Shown here piece by piece: positions 8,339 through 17,727 of a DNA stretch of 39,708 nt. The notes under the pieces are model-generated. The model was not told the origin of the DNA. It made no database searches and saw only the letters and a program-made list of their open reading frames with translations. Both the position numbers and the translations under genes were made by a program. This DNA is from a virus. Lineage: Duplodnaviria > Caudoviricetes. The DNA is taken from positions 1 through 39,708 of the IMG/VR virus record IMGVR_UViG_3300005077_000072; one strand, written 5' to 3'. Positions within the stretch are counted from its first letter, which is position 1; the number at the start of each line of letters is the position of its first letter.

Positions 8339-8930
8339 TAGATACCCCCTTTTTCATTACCACATTAATATTATTATGTGCTTGTGCTGCCAATTCAGGG
8401 ATGTGCGATACAGCTATAACCTGTACGCCGAGCTCTTCACATAACCGGCGAACAAGCTCAGCCAATAACGTATGTTTAGCTCTATCTAAGTTCCTAAATG
8501 GTTCGTCCATTACTATAATAGGTCTAGTTTTTGAAAATCGCCAGAATGAGATACGGAGCGCAAATGACGCTACATCAATTACACCAAAGCCAGAATCATC
8601 AAATGGGCTTATCTCATGTCCACCCCTTTCAAACACCAAGTCACACTCTATAGTATTACGCCTCTCAACGAAATTCATTTTGAACGTATACGGGTCGGTG
8701 TCAAACACGGCGGCGAGCGCTGCTGTTGTTATATCACACAACTGTTTTTCCAGGTTTGCTTGTGTAATACTGTTAGTGGTTGAGAAAACCGCCAACGCCT
8801 GTTCACTCAAATGCAATTTAGCTTTAGCCCTACTGATTCCAGATTCTATAATAGGTAATTGTTCTTGTAAATAGGTGAGATTAGCAGCATATACAGATAA
8901 TCGTTTATTCAAGGTATCTGCCATACTCAT
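8328..8930 (-). CDS. SbcC/Rad50-like ATPase, C-terminal half
   Basis: Signature-like SGFGVIDVASFALR, Walker B IIVMDEPF, H-loop VIAVSH. Confidence 0.88.
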   Translation of the reverse strand: MSMADTLNKRLSVYAANLTYLQEQLPIIESGISRAKAKLHLSEQALAVFSTTNSITQANLEKQLCDITTAALAAVFDTDPYTFKMNFVERRNTIECDLVFERGGHEISPFDDSGFGVIDVASFALRISFWRFSKTRPIIVMDEPFRNLDRAKHTLLAELVRRLCEELGVQVIAVSHIPELAAQAHNNINVVMKKGVSNVV

Positions 8931-9159
8931 CCATGAACTCCTTATACATATCATTTACTTTTACCGTATCATTTTCTAACTGTTGTTTTGCCGTGGCTAG
9001 CCATGTTTCAGCAGCCTCAATTGAATCGAAACCAGATTGAGCTAGGGATGCTTTTGCTGCATCAAGCCTGCCTTGCAGTCTAGCTCGTTTTTGCTCTATC
9101 TCCGAAATCTTTGGCTGAAGCGCAGAAATCTTTGTGTGTAATTCAGTTAGCGAATACAT
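8905..9159 (-). CDS. small coiled-coil protein (likely SbcC arm segment)
   Basis: 84 aa heptad pattern, between SbcD and the SbcC C-half. Confidence 0.7.
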   Translation of the reverse strand: MYSLTELHTKISALQPKISEIEQKRARLQGRLDAAKASLAQSGFDSIEAAETWLATAKQQLENDTVKVNDMYKEFMDEYGRYLE

Positions 9160-10025
9160 CCCGCCTCCTTTAGAATTTCATTGGTTTCCAGTATAAGTGA
9201 TTGTTCAGCTTTCAGCAGCATTTTATTTATCAGCCCTAGCGGATCAATACTGTTTATTTCAGTAGTAAGTATGGTAGACAAATAAGCACTAATCCCCACA
9301 TTTTTTTCACGCAGTTTTTCAGCATTTTTATCATTTGACCATTCTTGAAGTTTATAAACACCCGATGCTGGCCGTATGGGTATGGGAATATTTTTACTCG
9401 CCATCGTGGCTAAATCGAACATTACAACTATCGGCTCGTAGTCTCTTTCATCTATATTATGTCTAGCTATAGTGCCTGGGTTTATAAAATGTACTCCATT
9501 TACGGTCTTCTCGTGATATTTATGATAGTCACCGGTTATAACAAGTTTAGCATTGACCTGTAATTCATCGAAAGTCACACTCCCTTTTATAAGGGTGTTA
9601 GGCTCCGGCGTTACACACCTATGATGAATAACAACCTCATGGTTATCTGCAATACTGTTACAACCCCACCCATACCCCCACTCTGGAGTAACTATAAACT
9701 GGCAGGCTTCCAGTAAGCCATAGTTAGTGTCCCGCATATCCTGTGAATGGTTTATCATGTCATGTTGGCCTGGACAGGTGAAGATACGAACATCCCGCAT
9801 TTCACCAAATAATTGAAGGTACTTTCGTAAAAATGCCCGACTTTCACGTGGCACATTGAAAACGTCTCCAGCAATAAGGACATCAGCGTTATTTGCATCA
9901 GCCAAGTTAAGTATCCAAGCCACTTTTTCCATCAAGTCTGTGCCATACGATTCTGTACGATAACCTGGCGATACGTCTGTCAAATGCCAATCTGACGTAG
10001 CAATAATTCGTTGTTTTGTCTTCAT
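9147..10025 (-). CDS. SbcD/Mre11-like metallophosphoesterase nuclease
   Basis: SDWH, AGDVF, GQHD, GDYH, NPG. Confidence 0.92.
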   Translation of the reverse strand: MKTKQRIIATSDWHLTDVSPGYRTESYGTDLMEKVAWILNLADANNADVLIAGDVFNVPRESRAFLRKYLQLFGEMRDVRIFTCPGQHDMINHSQDMRDTNYGLLEACQFIVTPEWGYGWGCNSIADNHEVVIHHRCVTPEPNTLIKGSVTFDELQVNAKLVITGDYHKYHEKTVNGVHFINPGTIARHNIDERDYEPIVVMFDLATMASKNIPIPIRPASGVYKLQEWSNDKNAEKLREKNVGISAYLSTILTTEINSIDPLGLINKMLLKAEQSLILETNEILKEAGCIR

Positions 10026-10048
10026 CGTTTTTAGCTTTGTTTACTTCG

Positions 10049-11173
10049 CTAATTAATTACGTTCCCACACAACGGACACTTGTTGTCAATTACCGTTAGC
10101 TCTTCTACCTCATTTTTAGTTTCTGTAATAGTTTGTAACACATCCGTGATTTTTTTCACCATCTCGCCAGTATCAAAAATTACCCTGAGTTGCCTTTTTA
10201 TATTCGTGAACATCTGATTTATATTGGCTGGCAAAACAGCCAGCTCTTCAGCACACGGATAGCTCTCACATAACTGCGCCACTGCTGAGATAACCCGCCT
10301 TCGATCCACTAATTCGGACATATCCGGTAGTGCGGTATTGATGACAGGCGCACCACTCAATTCGGTTTCAGACGCTTTATACACAGCGACAATTTTATCA
10401 ATATTGACTATTCTGCCGTTATCTAAATGTAGGTTTCTTACACCATCTGTTACAACTCCACACATTACAGACATAATAGGTGGCGCTTGTTTGAGCACCT
10501 CTTGAGCGGCTTCACGAGCATTACTAATTTTATTACCAATTGTGTCAATAATCTGTGTCCGGCCCTCTACCGCCAATTCCACTTTACTTAACTCATCGAC
10601 GGCACTTGACGCTAACTGCGTCCATTGCAGCTTTTCAATATCCTGTTGTATTTCATTGTATCTAGCCTCAAGGTCTCTAACAGATGTGGTTCTATCCTTT
10701 ATTCGTCGTTTAGTAATCTTGATAGCTCTGTCAAGTATTGACGTGTCAACAATATCATTTATGGCTTTTACTGCGTTGCCTGGGGTTTCCTGGAACAAGA
10801 AATATTGTTGATTTTGTAGTTGTAAATTTATGCTTTGCATATTAACAATTTTAGCGATGGCGTCAGGGAGAGCCCCACGCAATGCGCGGAGTTTTTCACC
10901 ACCATTTACGATATAATAACCGCCTGTACTATCAACACCTCTGGTAACGAAATTGCCATCATAAAACTCAATGACAACATAAGCGTCGTCATCTGAATGC
11001 CACGACCTCGGCCTCCACCCATACGGCTCATTGAAACACACCCACCGAATAGCGCGAATAATGTTAGATTTCCCTGCGTCGGATTCCCCGCTTATCACAT
11101 TCAGGCCATCGGAAAAATTGATTATCTGATGACTATACGATTTTATATTGTGTAATGTGATTGACTTTATCAT
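10049..11173 (-). CDS. SbcC/Rad50-like ATPase, N-terminal half ending in a Zn hook
   Basis: NIKSY, Walker A GESDAGKS, Q-loop region, coiled coil, terminal CPLCG. Confidence 0.9.
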   Translation of the reverse strand: MIKSITLHNIKSYSHQIINFSDGLNVISGESDAGKSNIIRAIRWVCFNEPYGWRPRSWHSDDDAYVVIEFYDGNFVTRGVDSTGGYYIVNGGEKLRALRGALPDAIAKIVNMQSINLQLQNQQYFLFQETPGNAVKAINDIVDTSILDRAIKITKRRIKDRTTSVRDLEARYNEIQQDIEKLQWTQLASSAVDELSKVELAVEGRTQIIDTIGNKISNAREAAQEVLKQAPPIMSVMCGVVTDGVRNLHLDNGRIVNIDKIVAVYKASETELSGAPVINTALPDMSELVDRRRVISAVAQLCESYPCAEELAVLPANINQMFTNIKRQLRVIFDTGEMVKKITDVLQTITETKNEVEELTVIDNKCPLCGNVIN

Positions 11174-11331
11174 TTGGTTTGCACGTCTTTCAGCATTATC
11201 AACATACGGCGTCGGTGCTCTTCCAATGCTTTGAAATATGCCGTCAGTGTCATATTAACTACGACAAACAACCATATTGGTGCAAGAATAGGGATGAGAA
11301 TTGCGTATATCAGCTCTTTGGAAATTTCCAT
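11170..11331 (-). CDS. small membrane protein (53 aa), not in the ORF track
   Basis: MEISKELIYAILIPILAPIWLFVVVN…; TAATG and ATGA overlaps at both ends. Confidence 0.7.
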   Translation of the reverse strand: MEISKELIYAILIPILAPIWLFVVVNMTLTAYFKALEEHRRRMLIMLKDVQTK

Positions 11332-11801
11332 TACATAGCTCCTTTATTCTGAATAATTGCTACAAGAACATTTATGGCGGCTGCAACGGTCGGCAATGGA
11401 GTAAAATCCAGTATGGATATACTTTTTTTACCTAACTTTTGTAGCTTATGCTGCACTTCAAAGGCACTCGCTACATACCACTGATCGGAGTTCTCCGTAA
11501 TATACCTAAAAATAAAAAATGCGTTATTGCCGGTTTGCTCAAATCTAGTCATGGTGCCAAGCTGGCTCATGGCATCAAGTGATATTACAGGGCGCTTAGT
11601 TAGCTCTTTCACCTCTATCAATGCTGTCGTACTGTTATAGGCCAACAAAAAATCTGCTGGCTGTTTTCCAAGCCTACCGCTACAGGACCTTGCATCGGGA
11701 AACCGATGAACAAAATAGCCAGCGGATGTGGCCATCAACCGCGCTAACTCAACCCCCGCCGTTTTTTGAGTAGTTAGCCCTCTATCTTTATAGTTGGTCA
11801 T
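11331..11801 (-). CDS. PD-(D/E)xK nuclease, Holliday junction resolvase-like
   Basis: QPADFL…LIEVKE…Q; TAATG coupling to the polymerase. Confidence 0.75.
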   Translation of the reverse strand: MTNYKDRGLTTQKTAGVELARLMATSAGYFVHRFPDARSCSGRLGKQPADFLLAYNSTTALIEVKELTKRPVISLDAMSQLGTMTRFEQTGNNAFFIFRYITENSDQWYVASAFEVQHKLQKLGKKSISILDFTPLPTVAAAINVLVAIIQNKGAM

Positions 11802-14800
11802 TATACACCGCCAAACGTTTGAGTTATTTCGGCAAAATCCGCGTCCCATGCGAACTCTTTAAGCTCCCCAAAGTTTAGCCCAATAGCTAAAGAGCTTTCA
11901 ATAGGCACAGTCATTGCGCCATACGGCGCTGTCATACAGTCATGCAGTTCTCCACAAAAATTCTGTAAATTATGTAAAGGAACGCTAAAAAGAACCTCAT
12001 CATGCACTGGCATATAAAATTTAGCTTCATATATTTGCAGTAATCGACGCCCCCATACTCGCCCGAGTGCTAATTTAGTCATTTCGGCACCAGATGACTG
12101 AATAATGAAATTCAGCGCGGATCGAACAGTATGTTTACCACCGTCATCGTTTGTGTGAAGGAGTTTTGCCACATGTTTGCGAGCACTGAGTAGCGTACTG
12201 GCATAGCGACGTTCCCGAATTTTCATACCCTCAGTATCCTTCCAAACATCCACACCAGGAAAAGCCTCTTGTTTAGCATCAAGAAATGCTGCGGCCTCGT
12301 CCTCCGTAATTTGTAGCTTTTTCGCCAACAACCATTTACCACCACCAAGTTCAGAATACTGGCTAAGAAAATTCGTCGGCTTAGCTTTAGACGTTCTGTA
12401 CTGTTTAGCCAGTGTATGTTTAGAGTGGTGCTTATCGGCAACAGCTTCTGCAAATTCCTCATACGAAGCAAATTCACCGCCTTGTCGTTTGCTAATCTCA
12501 TACGCAGTGATACTGTGCAAATCTTTCTTATTATCTCCAATATAGCAACTCAAAAAATTAGCATCTTGTGTTACATGAGCGCCAAGGCGTAGTTCTTGCC
12601 CGCTAAAATCCGGGGATACCAGGACACACCCAGGAGCGTGAGGGATAATACTGCTGCGTACTTTCCGACCTTCTTCTGAGCGTTTCGGAAGTTGATTCAC
12701 GTTGGGCATCGACGGCGCAAATCGTCTTGATGTTGTGCTGGATTGCTTGAATGATGGGTGAATTTTGCCATCATGCCAATGGGTCAGAAACGGGTAGGTA
12801 TGATAATACAGTCCTTGTCTGGTTTTTACATTAATGCACTTTTGGATGCACTTCAATGCGTCAGCCGCTGCCGGGTCGGTGTCATACTTTATAGCCCAAT
12901 TCATCGCATCTTCATCAGTGGATGGGTTGCCTTGAAAAATACCCGCGTCTTTCATTTTATCCGTAGCTTCACGGCGATAACGTACCGGGCACCGCAAATA
13001 ATCATAAAGCAGTTTTGCTTTCTGTGTGGGACTACTTGGGTTGAAGGCTATTGACGGTGTGAAGTGGTTTTCTAAATATGAATTAATAAGGTCCACATCT
13101 TCAGTACGAACAACGTCAGCGAAGTCCTTGTGGCCGGCACCTTCTATGGCGTCTGCAATTTTAGGCAGCTTCCGAAATGAGCACTCAAGTGGCTCGCCAG
13201 TAAAATCATTGTATGCCTTTTTTATAGCTGCCGCCGTCAATTCAGTTATTGGCTCAAAGTACGACCCAGGCCAGCCCATAGTGATTAGAAAATCACAAAC
13301 TTTATTGTAATTCTCATCATAAATGTCACTGTCATTTTTAGACAGCTCTTTGAGGCGGTCAAGATCAACAGAAATGCCGCCAACAAACGCGGACGCCGTC
13401 ATATACATAGACGCACTCTCAACTTGCTTATATGCGTCAAATGTCCCCTCAACCTGCATAATACGAGCGAACACCCGCCATAATGCCATTGTCATTATAG
13501 TGTCATCTACACCGTAACGGAAAACTTCAGCGGCGGATATTTCAGCCATACCCCGACCTTGTGTAGCCTCATCATAAGTTGTTTGCTCATAGCCAAGCCA
13601 CGATTTAGATAACTTTTTCAAACCATGTCTTTCATTCTCATCTACATAACACGCGGCTATCTGTGTGCATAGAATATTATCTGGCACCCAGCCCCATTGA
13701 CGCATAAGAACGGGAATTTCAAACCCTGAAGCATTGTGGCACAGAATATTGTCACATTGAATCCGCGCTACTAAGTCCCGTACTTGCTCAGAACTAACGT
13801 TGTTGGTATCTGCGTGATTTATTGAGAAATAAAACGAGTTATTATCATTAGACCCAACCGTCAGGCCCAACCCACACAAATATGAGCTATATACATCGAC
13901 TACTGCCGCCCTAGCGTCAACATTACTTTTGATACCCTGTATCCATTGTTTGGACTCTGGTGGTACGTCTGTCTCTATATCCAGAGCAATATCGCCATGT
14001 TTACTAGCTAGTATCAAACCAGCCACAGCATCAAAATTATCAGATGTCACGAGTGTCGTCTTCTGATACCAATGAGAAAATTCATTAATAAAATACTGCG
14101 TCTCTTCAGGTTTATGCACATACCCGGCATCCCACATCAACTGATCGTCACGAATTGGCATCCAGCCAGCCAACGCCCAGGTAAGCATTGCAGTCTCTTT
14201 GTGCTCTATAATCTTCGCCAAAATCGGAAGTTCTGGCACATCTTCTTGCAAACGGTCTAGCTGATTTGCAGTGAATAAACCACAGAGTACATCCAAACCA
14301 TCATAACCGAATGCTTCCTGCACTTTCAAAAACGCCTTTTCCCCAAACCCTTTCACGGACATGCCTGGGCCGAAGTCCCCTACATCACCAACAAGTGAGC
14401 GGTAAAGGCGAATATGCTTTCTGAGGATGTTGTTGTATCTATCTTCACACGATTCGCCGCTATAAATGGATGCGTCGATATACACATCGCAATCAATACT
14501 GAGCAAATCTTTATCTTTTGTCCATATAACTGCGTTGGGAATTTTGGGTGCTATGTGTGCGATAACATCATCGGCCTCAGTTTCCTTTACCGAAAGAAGC
14601 GTACCACCAAGGTCTTTTATAGCGTTACTGGCAAAATCAAAGAGTTTCGTGTATTGCTCATAGTATAGTTTACTGCGTTCTTTGCGGTGTGCTTTATATT
14701 GCGGATATAGTTTTTGTCGGCGTGATCTGGATTTAGGTGCGTCGAATACCCCAATAACCTTATTGGGGGTCAACTTGAGGTTACTTAGGGTATTTTTGAA

Positions 14801-14956
14801 TGTTGCAATAAAATTATCAATTCCATAAGCTGCGGTATTGATAAGTTCTTCACCATTGGAAGTTATATCGAGAATGGCGTTATCGTCTTTGCCGACGAGA
14901 AGTGAGGATGTGAGGACTGAATTTAGGTCTATTATCAGTGTTAAATACAGCGTCAT
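11801..14956 (-). CDS. polA: family A DNA polymerase with 5'-3' and 3'-5' exonuclease domains
   Basis: EADD/DKDL/GDVGD; DIET/HNA/YGVDD; PNVNQLP, DFSGQELR, AKPTNF…Y, VHDE. Confidence 0.95.
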   Translation of the reverse strand: MTLYLTLIIDLNSVLTSSLLVGKDDNAILDITSNGEELINTAAYGIDNFIATFKNTLSNLKLTPNKVIGVFDAPKSRSRRQKLYPQYKAHRKERSKLYYEQYTKLFDFASNAIKDLGGTLLSVKETEADDVIAHIAPKIPNAVIWTKDKDLLSIDCDVYIDASIYSGESCEDRYNNILRKHIRLYRSLVGDVGDFGPGMSVKGFGEKAFLKVQEAFGYDGLDVLCGLFTANQLDRLQEDVPELPILAKIIEHKETAMLTWALAGWMPIRDDQLMWDAGYVHKPEETQYFINEFSHWYQKTTLVTSDNFDAVAGLILASKHGDIALDIETDVPPESKQWIQGIKSNVDARAAVVDVYSSYLCGLGLTVGSNDNNSFYFSINHADTNNVSSEQVRDLVARIQCDNILCHNASGFEIPVLMRQWGWVPDNILCTQIAACYVDENERHGLKKLSKSWLGYEQTTYDEATQGRGMAEISAAEVFRYGVDDTIMTMALWRVFARIMQVEGTFDAYKQVESASMYMTASAFVGGISVDLDRLKELSKNDSDIYDENYNKVCDFLITMGWPGSYFEPITELTAAAIKKAYNDFTGEPLECSFRKLPKIADAIEGAGHKDFADVVRTEDVDLINSYLENHFTPSIAFNPSSPTQKAKLLYDYLRCPVRYRREATDKMKDAGIFQGNPSTDEDAMNWAIKYDTDPAAADALKCIQKCINVKTRQGLYYHTYPFLTHWHDGKIHPSFKQSSTTSRRFAPSMPNVNQLPKRSEEGRKVRSSIIPHAPGCVLVSPDFSGQELRLGAHVTQDANFLSCYIGDNKKDLHSITAYEISKRQGGEFASYEEFAEAVADKHHSKHTLAKQYRTSKAKPTNFLSQYSELGGGKWLLAKKLQITEDEAAAFLDAKQEAFPGVDVWKDTEGMKIRERRYASTLLSARKHVAKLLHTNDDGGKHTVRSALNFIIQSSGAEMTKLALGRVWGRRLLQIYEAKFYMPVHDEVLFSVPLHNLQNFCGELHDCMTAPYGAMTVPIESSLAIGLNFGELKEFAWDADFAEITQTFGGV

Positions 14957-14971
14957 TTCTGGCTCCTTTGT

Positions 14972-15015
14972 AATAAAATAACCCAGCGGCTATGCTGCCG
15001 CTGGGTTATTTTATT
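14972..15015. terminator. bidirectional rho-independent terminator
   Basis: AATAAAATAACCCAGCGGC-tatgct-GCCGCTGGGTTATTTTATT. Confidence 0.8.
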
Positions 15016-15037
15016 GTGTCAGTGTGCTAGGTATGCA

Positions 15038-15340
15038 TCAGGCGTTCGCTACAGCGACATCCTCAGCAGCGCCCTCAACGGTATCCTCAGCAACATCCTC
15101 AGCAACATCCTCAGCAGCCAGCTCCGCCATAACCTTAGCCATGATTTCTGCTTTGCGCGACTTCGCGTTCAGGTGAAACGCCACGGATTCGGCCCGATAC
15201 GTCTTCATCTGACGCGTAATAGTTGTGGACAACTTACGCGCCCGCTTCGCAGCCGCAGCATTGGATGTGGCATCCTTCAGCTCCGACATAAACGCCGTGA
15301 TAGATTCCGTAAGGTCAGAGATAGTGTTTGAAATTGCCAT
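15038..15340 (-). CDS. Hc1/histone H1-like small protein with acidic repeat tail
   Basis: NAAAAKRARKLS…MKTYRAES; tail AEDVAEDVAEDT. Confidence 0.65.
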   Translation of the reverse strand: MAISNTISDLTESITAFMSELKDATSNAAAAKRARKLSTTITRQMKTYRAESVAFHLNAKSRKAEIMAKVMAELAAEDVAEDVAEDTVEGAAEDVAVANA

Positions 15341-15354
15341 CGTAATTCTCCAAG

Positions 15355-16134
15355 TTAGTTTTTAGAAAAAGTCATGAGAGTAAACATGTTAGTGTCAAAT
15401 GTTTTCGTCCGCGCTGTAATCTTCATTTTACGGTACGCATTATCATCCTCACCGCGAGACTTAGCAACCGTAGCATTCAGACAATAACGCTCAAACTGAT
15501 TCACACTTTGCGGCGAGAGTGACAGCGTAACCATACTACCAATATTCTCATTGTCTTTTTCGGCATCTTCCAAGATACAGACCATATCAAGATACCGCTT
15601 ACTGGATGCATTGCTGTAGCCCATTTCGCGCAGATGTGCGATCCAAGAGTCCACCGTGCCTGTGCCATTGTTCAGGTTCACACCATCGGATGAAAACTTA
15701 CACAGGTTCTTCGGCGCCTTGTCCTCACATGGCGAAATGGCGAAGGAGTCATTAAAGCTTATCAGTTCCACAGAAATACTCGAACCGAGGCTGTTTGAGC
15801 CTTCCCAAAGCGCCCCCTGGGATGCCTTAATACGCGGCAAAGTGCCAAACTTAAGTGTCGGAAGAGCGCCCTTGAAATTGTAAAGAGACAGCGCTATGGC
15901 GCTGCCGATGTGCACCTGGACAGCGCCACCAATAGGGACAACAGACACGCTATCGGCAGTGCTGGCTACCGTAGCAAGCTCCGTGGCCGGATTGGCAGGC
16001 CGCACGTCGGCTGGTGGGCTTACTTCCACAAGCTCCTGAGCGCCCACACTCTGAACAGTAGCGTCGGCATCGGCGTTAATAACATCAACATCAACATCAA
16101 CATCAACAATCTCACTCTTACTGCGAAGTACCAT
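15355..16134 (-). CDS. hypothetical replication protein (possible SSB)
   Basis: AGGAG RBS before ATG 16134; SSB role inferred only from its position next to the polymerase. Confidence 0.55.
   Translation of the reverse strand: MVLRSKSEIVDVDVDVDVINADADATVQSVGAQELVEVSPPADVRPANPATELATVASTADSVSVVPIGGAVQVHIGSAIALSLYNFKGALPTLKFGTLPRIKASQGALWEGSNSLGSSISVELISFNDSFAISPCEDKAPKNLCKFSSDGVNLNNGTGTVDSWIAHLREMGYSNASSKRYLDMVCILEDAEKDNENIGSMVTLSLSPQSVNQFERYCLNATVAKSRGEDDNAYRKMKITARTKTFDTNMFTLMTFSKN
16081..16108 (+). repeat. in-frame hexamer tandem repeat (AACATC)x4+
   Basis: Encodes VDVDVDVDV on the minus strand. Confidence 0.85.
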
Positions 16135-16290
16135 TTTGAATCTCCTGTCAATTTTTGTTGCGCTAAACATGGTCAGTGTCAAAAATCCGTCATTTACTGA
16201 TTCGCTATGTATTATCACCTCCTTGCCGATGTTGTTATTACGAATAATAGTATTTTTTAGAAAAATGTCTATAATAAATCACAAATAATT

Positions 16291-17709
16291 TTATATTGGA
16301 TTGAAAAATTTTCTGTAATCCACCTGGTGATGTAAAATCATTTGTAATAAGTCGCTCTTATTCAAAAAGGCGTCGAATAAGCTTTCTTGTATAGTATTTT
16401 CTGCTACTAAGCATCTAATAACACACGGGCGATTTTTTTGTCCTTCCCTATCAACACGGCCACATGCCTGCTCAAACTGGGATGGTGTTAGCGGCATTTC
16501 CACAAACGCAACCCGGAAACACACATCCTGCAATCCGTCAGTTCCGACTCCTAACGATTTCGGATTACCGACAAGCCATCTTACTGATGAGTTCGGGTCT
16601 TTGAATAGCTCTAGATTCTTTTGTTGAGTTCCCCTATCCACATCCCCCCACACACCAACAGCGCTGTCGTCCCCATACTGGTGTTTTAGTGCATCCAATA
16701 TGGTGTTGTTTGTATTCCTATAATTCCCGAAAATAACCATTTTACTGTCATCTTCATCGCATATAGCAAACAGCAATTTAGCTAAGTTATCAACACTAAA
16801 TTTAGGGCAACGCAGTTTATCTGGAGATGTTATAAACTGCTGCAACATGTGGAATAAATTCTTAGTTTGCAGTGCAGTTAACGTTTGTCCATCGACTGTT
16901 AGCCAACCACTCTCAGCTAATTCATCATACGCTATTTTATGTTGGCTAGATAATTGATATGATACCTTGTCTATAACTGACGGCGTAACTTGATTGTCTT
17001 CATCAGGGTTTATATCAAAACATGATGAATAAAACCTGTCTCTCAATATATCGAGGTTCTTCCACTCTGTAACTTGCCCCCAGAAGTCCCTATTTTCGAT
17101 GTGCTCATTCTCAAATGATCGCCTCGTTGGGTATGCAAACGGGTCGAGAATACCAAGAAGCCCATACATATCCTCCGGGGTATTCGCAGGTGTGCCAGAT
17201 AGTGCAATAAATGGTTTATTTATGATAAAGGTCGTTAGATATTTCCATATTTTATTAGTTTTCTTTCTCAGCCCATCCTGAGCTTCGTCGTAAATAACCA
17301 TAACATTTGGCTTTTTGCCAAGCTCTGACAATATTCTGGCATAGTCTTTACGAAAAATGTGGTGGGACATAACAATGCAATCTGTATTGAATACCATCTT
17401 TGCCCGCTTTGCTGGCGTCCCCGTATACTCAAGCACACTCAGAGGTTTATTCAGCCCCTTTATTTTTATCCTACTGAACCATTTACTCCACTGATGTACC
17501 AATGGTGCGGGGACAAGTACAAGGGCGGAACTTATGTTGGACAACTCAGACGCCATGAGAAAAGATAGCGTGGCTACCAGGGTCTTCCCCTTCCCCACTT
17601 TCAAGGAAATCAAAGCTCTATTCGCACGAAATGCTGCGTCTGCTATTCTGGTTTGGAAAGGATATGGCTGAAACGGTAACTCAAAATTATTTTGAATAAC
17701 ATCTAACAT
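16291..17709 (-). CDS. SF2 SNF2-like helicase
   Basis: VGKGKT, DEAQ, SGTP, GVGTDGLQ, QACGRVDREGQ. Confidence 0.92.
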   Translation of the reverse strand: MLDVIQNNFELPFQPYPFQTRIADAAFRANRALISLKVGKGKTLVATLSFLMASELSNISSALVLVPAPLVHQWSKWFSRIKIKGLNKPLSVLEYTGTPAKRAKMVFNTDCIVMSHHIFRKDYARILSELGKKPNVMVIYDEAQDGLRKKTNKIWKYLTTFIINKPFIALSGTPANTPEDMYGLLGILDPFAYPTRRSFENEHIENRDFWGQVTEWKNLDILRDRFYSSCFDINPDEDNQVTPSVIDKVSYQLSSQHKIAYDELAESGWLTVDGQTLTALQTKNLFHMLQQFITSPDKLRCPKFSVDNLAKLLFAICDEDDSKMVIFGNYRNTNNTILDALKHQYGDDSAVGVWGDVDRGTQQKNLELFKDPNSSVRWLVGNPKSLGVGTDGLQDVCFRVAFVEMPLTPSQFEQACGRVDREGQKNRPCVIRCLVAENTIQESLFDAFLNKSDLLQMILHHQVDYRKFFNPI

Positions 17710-17727
17710 TTTGATTCCTAATTTTCA

